From IMG/VR virus record IMGVR_UViG_3300045988_169289: a stretch of 45,195 nt of DNA. One strand, written 5' to 3'. The notes beneath the pieces are model-generated. The model did no database searches. It was not told the DNA's origin and saw only the letters and a program-made list of their open reading frames with translations. A program made the translations under genes and the position numbers. Of the stretch, positions 10,801-15,691 are shown piece by piece. The first letter of the stretch is position 1. Every line of letters begins with the position of its first letter. The DNA comes from a virus.

Positions 10801-11089
10801 GACCGCGCTCATCCTCAGACATCGTGCCGGACTGCAGCTCTTTCCAAGCGCCGCGCAAGTCGTAGTCGTAAACGTCTTTTTCGCGGTGATTTTCCGTCGC
10901 CCATGCCTGATATTTTTCTTCCTCATCAGGCGCCAAAACGGTATTGAACTTATCCGAATAGTCTTCCGAAAACGCATCGCGCGGGCCAACGGCATCCGTA
11001 CCCCAGCGATTGATCTTTGCCTGCCGCATCTGTTCTTCGCTCATCTGCGGCTGCTGAGAGGACGGGCTATAGATTTCCGAAAACAGCAT
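4853..11089 (-). CDS. Giant (2078 aa) multidomain internal-virion/ejection protein, polyvalent-protein-like
   Basis: One uninterrupted ORF in the position of T7 gp16. A Gly/Ala-rich hydrophobic region spans about aa 270-400 (GLAGGVAGGALAFGADVG...LGAAFGGAFW). An HExxH motif HEHSH occupies aa 1280-1284 (nt 7238..7252). QNRDR, GAPIV and GNGR motifs at about aa 1518-1621 are reminiscent of ParB-like domains. Confidence 0.7.
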   Translation of the reverse strand: MLFSEIYSPSSQQPQMSEEQMRQAKINRWGTDAVGPRDAFSEDYSDKFNTVLAPDEEEKYQAWATENHREKDVYDYDLRGAWKELQSGTMSEDERGHLGDKYKKPNHPTFSDQSIYSGQDGVTGGVWSRNAEGKDVYTPGRKLSSVEADRLRRYFLRNEPGVVLDLKDKVFEERPLPGVNTPLGVFSGLGDTWKGIPAAVLQTASSAITAFKNTGADILSRMGTDETRAWWEGQKAVMDQNARDIRDYNKVHFEVDPETMGTASQIVYGLFKTLPKAMGYGLAGGVAGGALAFGADVGIDETNRLMDEGVDRNTAINAGLVSFGMNAIGMRLPAVLGASRGMSAAYGAAANAGTNVAEVEGIKFILEHQDYNQLAQQYDLNGVDLAVSAALGAAFGGAFWRSPEQIRTQKYQDAARLVYEDQRTALFNKGKSQFNFEQAGTQAAINARAVVSLAKRLGIEPDKVRDFSAKIVWSEDGKSAEVPKEAFNMPVTQGKEWHMGPQTIGRENEAVSVVHMSDVPEAGHKAAIDTLVGKLSEGVKNSDSGWVLTGSRGDAKKSLPPFKFAEKNAGLYDAIVQNFEQIVSDAKLIESHADTQHQNPDVRGIHKFTAAASYGGKNYRVQLIVRDYLPSAGGERLATHSIDAVEVEEIGTAGGEGVIAPLAPTDATSVPPGAAQSPGAGVPTAWSSADTVSLSDLLRGFVREDQRGAFDSVDDSYRAEGAAYYEPQEFNQTTGAFSYDAPSQPTDRLVAVHHIDADNLLKANALGGLAVPSIGITKVNSGYSGFGDITLIGTKGLIDPATGTPVYSADAYTNTFPAFEWGKSVDKKKAEALRQEYRKTERFFRGGMDNTMRSLIDSPDRDDFMWRFRNSVVSQKMFLDEKGIKVEPVYLQPYAGTPLEHLLLPLFQKIGVNQSLDVAGSMQAYNEAYVQAVDALGDKATRVQKRNADKIRNGGRLVDAYLYTLINNVEKIGKAPTEPQIDSYATEKRIREVFENNSEGFDAWVAKKTNGLFGEPKIKVGGKLVPVTLQNVVKAMTKRVAKNTQDTMTFGPGKVRAAASKKFSSVESIQANRERVVDPATADEANKSIDAAMSDFRSRAADFYGYKDTFAAMDDAMRALADSAKGKPTTEKVRAALVKNGFKEPKGGFPSELLDSGVKILTDVQKGLTDYFEAKPQRAVGLSEFAGAVVPEGTSPEVLKVLEDAGVEVRTYAKDTVLPGGERTNNRLQAEKELSQKLQQDRGDVLFQHGRGESEIRGSFNPQTNTIKLTPNANLSTFSHEHSHWYLTNLFAHAADENLSPEARADIDALLKAFGLKSVEEYNALPFEQKAKLQERYAAWTERYLSEGEVPAGYLQGMFRNFAWWLMDMYRDLVGEGAGDDAAKKEIGERYKAQFGEDLPELSPDVRRVLNRMYDVEKKMASFRSNSGQVTAARVIQAQRTNNQKVTAPLQDGSAPNAYTAAIRAQQQAAQAMNSGEQVDVSQAMKNAPVNDAAVRQGKNAFAKSFQMGDTGTIVVLQNRDRTGAVSVGQMNAIATAPDYTRLSVSRTTDSGAPIVSFGTLPDSRYLGNTETVADGSHKIPMTYAVVEADSVLRSNNFDGTPVAEYGTDPSRMHAIAGNGRMAGLSEAYNRGTAEQYRQDLMADAQSVGINPEVVAGMQHPVLVRIMPPEAVETGFIERSNSSNVLEKSALETAVQDSPRIRNNVWKYQFDEDGAPTPETVRQFTIDIGEPNSLGKLLTADGRPTETATNRLRAAVFYEAYRDRTLTALVADDTDKQGIKRILNAMAAFAPHVINIREASNDAVDLGSVLVDVVNRIRNAKIEGTPLESIVGQGDVFGDNPAVQQLLGFIAENQNSAAAIARVLEPFAAAVENRLKSSGNGPQAGLFGEAENVSTDLADVMGIFRDTQNRLIDEGNAAMREKGATEGFREALPAVDVVAMRNTLQAMQQAEKPAENVMKSIVETVAEDAGVASEPPPDIPPDAGLDAEAKAAAELETHQAHELEGLSEENSERVQVEDLAALNPDFVYKFKDENGIEHQKTAAEILADEASIDKQADTDMAGLATAAMCIIRNNGIPA

Positions 11090-11091
11090 TG

Positions 11092-13200
11092 TTATTCCTT
11101 CGTCTTCACTAAATCGAACGTATAGAGGGAGCCGTCGTCACCAAACACCGATTCCCCATTAAGCATCAGACTGTAGGTCACACTGCCGTCTGAGTTCACC
11201 TTCTCAGTCTGCAGGGCGAGTTTCGGCATCTTGGCGGCCAACTCTGCGCCGGTCATCGCCAGTCCGCTGACGTAAAACGTGCCACGGGCCTTTTTGACTT
11301 CTTGCGCCTGGGTTTCTACGAGATTCTCCAAGTCTTCGGAGAAAATGGCCGACGCGTCGATCCCTTTCGGCATCACGGTTTTCTTACCGTTGTACGTTTC
11401 AACATCGCCGCCGACGGCCGCAGCCAGGGCGTCTTCAATGCTTCCGGAACCCGCCCATTGCTGATAGGCCAAGATGCCGCGTGCCAGTTCCACCGTATCG
11501 GCCCGGGCCGCATCCGACTTAAACAGCCCCTGCGTTCCATCGTTGTCCGGATTGATAGCTGCGTAAAGTCGGGCCACATTGCCGGTTTCCACGGCCGGAT
11601 CATCTTTGACCTGCTTTTCGGCGATGAGCTGCAACCCCCGAAGGTACATTTCTCCGGAGGTTATGCCGCCGTCGCCTGGAACAATGTCAAACCCCGCCAT
11701 CGCTATGGCGTACTTGTTGCTGTTTCCCTTCAGTTGCCCTGACACCATACGAATCCCGTCCGGACCCGCCGTGTCAGCAATCGTTTTCAAAAGTGCTACG
11801 CGGGTTTCAATCGGCGAGCTATCAAGAAGCGTCACCAGTCCTGCAGCCTCCTGCTTAGAGAAAAGGCGTTGCGGCACCTGCCAATCCTTCGCCATCGCGT
11901 CCGCCATTTCCACACGCTTCTGAAGTTGCGCTTTCAGCTCATCTGCGTTCTGCCAATTGAGAGGGGTGATGCCGTACTGATTCGTAGCCATCGCGACACC
12001 GATAGGATCAGACTCGCGTTCCTTCAAAATTTTTACCCCAAGAGCTTTTGCTTCTTTCGTTCGGGCGGAGTTCACGAAATCCATCACTCCGGCGCTATCC
12101 AAGCCCCAAAGATTTCGGGACGCCTGAGCATCCCGCACCTTTGCCGCCTTTTCTGGATCAAGTTCGTCCAAACGCTGCAGTAGCGTAACCGGCAACTCTT
12201 CATTGTTGTCTAGCGCCTTGTAGGCCGTATTAACAAGATCAGACGCTTCCATGCGCTTTTCCCATTCACGCACCGCCAGCGCCTGCCGAACCTTCACCGT
12301 AACGCCCTGCCGAACGTCGGCATCAGTGCCCTTTGTGGCCTCGTGCGTCGCCTTCAGAATGTCCGAATCGCTTCCGGAAGTCGCGAGCACCTTTCCCACC
12401 AGGTACTCAATGTCCTGTTTCTGCTGACCGGCTTTGATGAGTTTTTCGCTTTTAGCGACCTGCTCAGCGCTCATATCGTCTTTGTGCGCCTTCAGCCACG
12501 CACGAGCCGCCGCGGGGTTCTTGCCCTCAATGAAAATACCGATAGCGTTCGAGTTAACGGTGTCCATCAGTTTCGGCACATCAACCGGAAGGCCAGACTT
12601 GTCAGCCTGCCACTGCAGTTCAGACATTGCAACGGCGTAGCCTGAGTTCGCCCTGTCCATATCGCCGGACTGGACACCGTTTAAAACGTCATTCGTCGCA
12701 GTATTGAAAGTCGCCGCGTGCGTCGCCTTCTCGAATACCGCCTGTTGCTTCACCATATGGGATTGAAGTTCTGCCCCCAACTGCTGATAGGCCGCCTGCG
12801 AATAGAGGTCATACATCTTCCGCTGACGATCTGTCTTCAGTTGACCGCGGCGATTTGCGAAGAGTGCGCGTCCCTTTTCGAGATACTCTTCCGACAGACT
12901 TTTCCCGTCAGGGCGGTTAAGGGCGTTACTGCCCGTGAGATTGCCCCAACCCTCTTCCGGATTCGACTTCAAATCTTCGAGTTCGCTCTTGGACTGATTG
13001 ATAGCGTCCTGCACGAGCGTCTTGTCGGTTTCGGCCTGCCACTTATCCACAGCCGAGACAATCTTATCAGCAGCCCCGGCGACGAGTTTGTCAGTACGCC
13101 ACTTGGAATCCGGCATAGCATGAAGCGTCCCGAGCCCCCTTACAGCGTTCGGAGTCACGCCGCCCTGATACGGATTACCGGGCACAGTGATAGTTCCCAT
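11092..13200 (-). CDS. Internal virion protein (gp15-like position)
   Basis: ORF 11092..13212. The ATG at 13200 overlaps the upstream stop as TAATG. It is about 700 aa, mostly helical/coiled by composition, and lies between the small and giant internal proteins. Confidence 0.5.
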   Translation of the reverse strand: MGTITVPGNPYQGGVTPNAVRGLGTLHAMPDSKWRTDKLVAGAADKIVSAVDKWQAETDKTLVQDAINQSKSELEDLKSNPEEGWGNLTGSNALNRPDGKSLSEEYLEKGRALFANRRGQLKTDRQRKMYDLYSQAAYQQLGAELQSHMVKQQAVFEKATHAATFNTATNDVLNGVQSGDMDRANSGYAVAMSELQWQADKSGLPVDVPKLMDTVNSNAIGIFIEGKNPAAARAWLKAHKDDMSAEQVAKSEKLIKAGQQKQDIEYLVGKVLATSGSDSDILKATHEATKGTDADVRQGVTVKVRQALAVREWEKRMEASDLVNTAYKALDNNEELPVTLLQRLDELDPEKAAKVRDAQASRNLWGLDSAGVMDFVNSARTKEAKALGVKILKERESDPIGVAMATNQYGITPLNWQNADELKAQLQKRVEMADAMAKDWQVPQRLFSKQEAAGLVTLLDSSPIETRVALLKTIADTAGPDGIRMVSGQLKGNSNKYAIAMAGFDIVPGDGGITSGEMYLRGLQLIAEKQVKDDPAVETGNVARLYAAINPDNDGTQGLFKSDAARADTVELARGILAYQQWAGSGSIEDALAAAVGGDVETYNGKKTVMPKGIDASAIFSEDLENLVETQAQEVKKARGTFYVSGLAMTGAELAAKMPKLALQTEKVNSDGSVTYSLMLNGESVFGDDGSLYTFDLVKTKE

Positions 13201-13976
13201 TACTTGCTCCAACTGAAATTAGAAGGCATCTTGAGGCTCCATCCTTGAGCCCCGGATGAGCCAGACGACGTAGCACCGCTACCGGAACTGCCACCGAAAA
13301 CAGCCTTGAAATCGCTTAAGGTTGCGCCGCTGTACGAGGACTTGCCAGAACCGGACTGGGAGTCGCCCATCGGGCCATTCATAATGTCCATCGCATAGTT
13401 GTTGAAAGTGGTCAGCGCAGCCGCCCATGGAGAAATAGACTTTGCAGCCGAACGGTAGGCAAGTGCCTGATTCTTGTAATCGACAGCCGACCGGCGGTAG
13501 CCCCAGGACTCAGCAACGGCATTCGCCATCACCTGATTCACCTGCATTTCCTTCACAATGTCAATGGAGGTCAGCACTTCGGCTGTCGATCCGGAACCGC
13601 CCACGCGGACGCCCGCTGCAGCCTGCCGGGTTTTGGTGGTTGACTTTGCCTGCCCGGCCTCATACCCAATAGCCGCCGCCTGACGTTCGCCGCCGGCCAT
13701 CACGTCGTCTGCCGCCGTCTCGTAGCTCTGCGCCTGCAAATTCATTAAGTCGGCATTCATTTTCATGAGCGCCTTTTCCTGCTTTGCAGCGCGATAGGCA
13801 AGCCACGTCCCGCCGATCTGCATCACGGACGTGTAACCGACCTTGAATCCTTGCTGAAATTGAGAGAAGCCGCCCGCACCTTTTGCGCTCATGAAAGCGT
13901 TTGCGGACGACGAAATCGCGGAGGATTGTGTAGATCCTTCGCTTGTCTGTTTGGTTGGATGGAGATATTGAGGCAT
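13200..13976 (-). CDS. Small internal virion protein (gp14-like position), Gly/Ser-rich C-terminus
   Basis: 258 aa. SD GGGAG lies upstream of the ATG at 13976. It is the first gene after the lysis cassette and is preceded by the conserved CGTCCATAAA motif. Confidence 0.45.
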   Translation of the reverse strand: MPQYLHPTKQTSEGSTQSSAISSSANAFMSAKGAGGFSQFQQGFKVGYTSVMQIGGTWLAYRAAKQEKALMKMNADLMNLQAQSYETAADDVMAGGERQAAAIGYEAGQAKSTTKTRQAAAGVRVGGSGSTAEVLTSIDIVKEMQVNQVMANAVAESWGYRRSAVDYKNQALAYRSAAKSISPWAAALTTFNNYAMDIMNGPMGDSQSGSGKSSYSGATLSDFKAVFGGSSGSGATSSGSSGAQGWSLKMPSNFSWSK

Positions 13977-13981
13977 TCGGC

Positions 13982-14004
13982 ACTCCCGGATTTTCGCCGA
14001 GAGT
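13982..14004 (-). promoter_or_regulatory. 5' UTR hairpin occluding the SD of the 258-aa gene
   Basis: The minus strand reads ACUCUCGG-cgaaaau-CCGGGAGU (8 bp including one G-U). The 3' arm contains the SD GGGAG and ends 5 nt before the ATG at 13976. Confidence 0.5.
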
Positions 14005-14022
14005 AAACCGAAAGATCAGAAC

Positions 14023-14033
14023 TTTATGGACGG
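14023..14033 (-). promoter_or_regulatory. Conserved motif CCGTCCATAAA, copy 5 (candidate late promoter or RNA element)
   Basis: The plus strand reads tttatggacgg. The motif overlaps the TAA stop of the i-spanin gene and ends 46 nt upstream of the ATG at 13976. Confidence 0.55.
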
Positions 14034-14437
14034 ACTACTTTGGTGAGGGCGTCGTGGTTTGCGGCGCAGCGCTGATAAAGTCGGCCGCATTCCGAACCAG
14101 AGTCAGCCAGTCTTTGAACCAAGCCTTCCAGCTCGGTAACTCTTCGGCTAAGAGCGTCTGTGGAATTTCCACCGGCGGAGCCGTTACCGTCCGCGTGGCG
14201 CAACCTTGCACGAGCCCGATCAAGCTCAGCACGCAAATCGTTGTACTCAGCCTGCGCCAGGTTGATCGTGTCCGTTGCTTTTGAAAGTCCTTCTGCATTT
14301 TTCCTCTCCGCCGCCCGTAGCGCGTCAGACTGCGCCGCCTCCATGAGGGCGATTTCGCGGTCATAGTGTGCGGAGGTCAACCAAGCCCCCGCACCGAAGG
14401 CCAGGACGACCGCCACCATGTAGACGTAATCTTTCAT
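14024..14437 (-). CDS. i-spanin (Rz-like)
   Basis: 137 aa. It has an N-terminal TM segment (YMVAVVLAFGAGAWL) followed by coiled-coil sequence. It lies in the lysis cassette and contains an embedded out-of-frame lipoprotein ORF. Confidence 0.7.
   Translation of the reverse strand: MKDYVYMVAVVLAFGAGAWLTSAHYDREIALMEAAQSDALRAAERKNAEGLSKATDTINLAQAEYNDLRAELDRARARLRHADGNGSAGGNSTDALSRRVTELEGLVQRLADSGSECGRLYQRCAANHDALTKVVRP
14035..14298 (-). CDS. o-spanin (Rz1-like), embedded in the i-spanin gene
   Basis: An alternative frame lies inside 14024..14437. SD GGAGAGG is 5 nt before the ATG at 14298. The signal peptide MQKDFQKQRTRSTWRRLSTTICVLSLIGLVQGC ends in a lipobox-like LVQGC. Confidence 0.6.
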   Translation of the reverse strand: MQKDFQKQRTRSTWRRLSTTICVLSLIGLVQGCATRTVTAPPVEIPQTLLAEELPSWKAWFKDWLTLVRNAADFISAAPQTTTPSPK

Positions 14438-14439
14438 AA

Positions 14440-14721
14440 TCAGCCTGCTATGTAGCCCGCCGGGGCCGGAATGTCTACGAATTCTTTCGCAAATTCCTGA
14501 GGCTTATACGCGCGGAACTCACCGTTCGGCAGCCGCACAATGTAGTCGCCGAGATCTACAGACACCGGCCCTTGCTTAGTGCAAAGTACGCACACATCCT
14601 GACACACCCAACCCAGCTGAACGATACGCGACCCCATCAGGGCGCACAACTCAGGCGAGTCAACATCGCCATCAAAAACAATGGCGTGAACCGTCGTGTA
14701 ACGATACTGATATTCCTTCAT
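14440..14721 (-). CDS. Hypothetical protein (93 aa)
   Basis: ORF tightly packed in the minus-strand operon between the lysis genes. No motif was recognised. Confidence 0.5.
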   Translation of the reverse strand: MKEYQYRYTTVHAIVFDGDVDSPELCALMGSRIVQLGWVCQDVCVLCTKQGPVSVDLGDYIVRLPNGEFRAYKPQEFAKEFVDIPAPAGYIAG

Positions 14722-14733
14722 TTTCTTTTCTCC

Positions 14734-14970
14734 TTACTTCTTGGATTTCTTCGCCTTCTTCACTCGGCGGTCTTGGCGGTAGTCGTAAGCGTCCTTCAGC
14801 ATCCACGCGAAGCAACGCTGGTCTTCCTCGTTTAATTTCACCGAGGCTTCCGCAGCCGTTTCACCATCGCTGATGCGAATATCGAGGTAAATCTTTCCGC
14901 GGTTTTGGCGCATACGAAGATCAGTTCCTTTGCCGGTGAATCCCTCTTTGGACAGAGATTTCTTTTTCAT
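14734..14970 (-). CDS. Hypothetical basic protein (78 aa)
   Basis: The ORF overlaps the endolysin stop by 4 nt and has Lys-rich termini. No motif was recognised. Confidence 0.45.
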   Translation of the reverse strand: MKKKSLSKEGFTGKGTDLRMRQNRGKIYLDIRISDGETAAEASVKLNEEDQRCFAWMLKDAYDYRQDRRVKKAKKSKK

Positions 14971-15344
14971 TTACTACTCCTGTAGTCCCAAAAAGCGTGA
15001 TGCCCACGCACATCAACATGTACGAATGCGTCGTAAAGTCCGACGCCGCCGTCTTTATTGAGCTCCAGGCACAAGTCCTGAAACTCGGAAATCAGAGACG
15101 GATCATCCGGTCGAATGTCCGCCGCCATGCCTTTCGTGTGATACGAGTTCGGTACAGCCCCCTTGATCGTCGCGTTGTATTCCGGACTGCGGTAGCCCGA
15201 ATTCACGAGAACCGGCTTTCCCCACTCGCGCCGGATGCGGTTCAAAAGGTTCAAAAGTTCATCGCGTACCACGTGCGGAAAAGGAGACTTGTGCGGATCC
15301 TTCGGACTCTGCAACTCCTTTTCATCAAAGAAACCGTATTTCAT
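14967..15344 (-). CDS. Endolysin, peptidase M15 (D-Ala-D-Ala carboxypeptidase-like) family
   Basis: The sequence SGYRSPEYNATIKGAVPNSYHTKGMAADI ... FVHVDVR matches the H-x(6)-D ... H zinc-binding pattern of M15 peptidoglycan peptidases. It is adjacent to the holin gene. Confidence 0.8.
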   Translation of the reverse strand: MKYGFFDEKELQSPKDPHKSPFPHVVRDELLNLLNRIRREWGKPVLVNSGYRSPEYNATIKGAVPNSYHTKGMAADIRPDDPSLISEFQDLCLELNKDGGVGLYDAFVHVDVRGHHAFWDYRSSK

Positions 15345-15628
15345 CGGCCGCCTCTTTCTAGGAATCCTTTCAAAATATTCACCCCATCTTTGCCCATCAT
15401 CCCGCCGAGCCCGGCTAATGCGCCACCGGCTTCATCCGGCAAACCGTAGGAATGAGCCGCCATGCAGATCAAAAAACCGATAAAGCCGGACAGCAACCCC
15501 GCCGCGAAAAATTCACCCCACGGAAAAGGTTTTGTTTTGTCCAGTGAGTTCAATCGCATAAGAAACTGAGCCATAGCCGCCACCATGAAGGCAAAGATGT
15601 ATCGGAAGTATTCGTGGTAGTCCTGCAT
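15341..15628 (-). CDS. Holin
   Basis: 95 aa with at least two TM segments (IFAFMVAAMAQFLM and FFAAGLLSGFIGFLICMAA) and a charged C-terminus. It overlaps the endolysin start by 4 nt. Confidence 0.65.
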   Translation of the reverse strand: MQDYHEYFRYIFAFMVAAMAQFLMRLNSLDKTKPFPWGEFFAAGLLSGFIGFLICMAAHSYGLPDEAGGALAGLGGMMGKDGVNILKGFLERGGR

Positions 15629-15634
15629 GGGAAT

Positions 15635-15673
15635 CTCGCCCCTCTTCTAATGGAACCATTTTCGAGGGGCGAG
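15635..15673 (-). promoter_or_regulatory. 5' UTR hairpin occluding the holin SD
   Basis: The minus strand reads CUCGCCCCUC-(19 nt)-GAGGGGCGAG, a perfect 10-bp stem. The 3' arm contains the SD GAGGGG and ends 6 nt before the ATG at 15628. The hairpin starts 7 nt after the conserved motif. Confidence 0.6.
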
Positions 15674-15680
15674 GTGACTA

Positions 15681-15691
15681 TTTATGGACGG
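15681..15691 (-). promoter_or_regulatory. Conserved motif CCGTCCATAAA, copy 4
   Basis: The plus strand reads tttatggacgg. The motif abuts the TAG stop (15692..15694) of the tail tubular B-like gene and ends 52 nt upstream of the holin ATG. Confidence 0.55.

Noticed and set aside
2319-11089. One of the two very large virion proteins as a phage-encoded or virion RNA polymerase that could read the conserved motif
   Set aside because: I found no T7-type motifs (for example DGSCSG, or HDS/HDSFG) and no double-psi-barrel DxDGD-type motif. The nearest string, SNNFDGT, lacks the catalytic aspartates. Only profile searches could exclude this fully.
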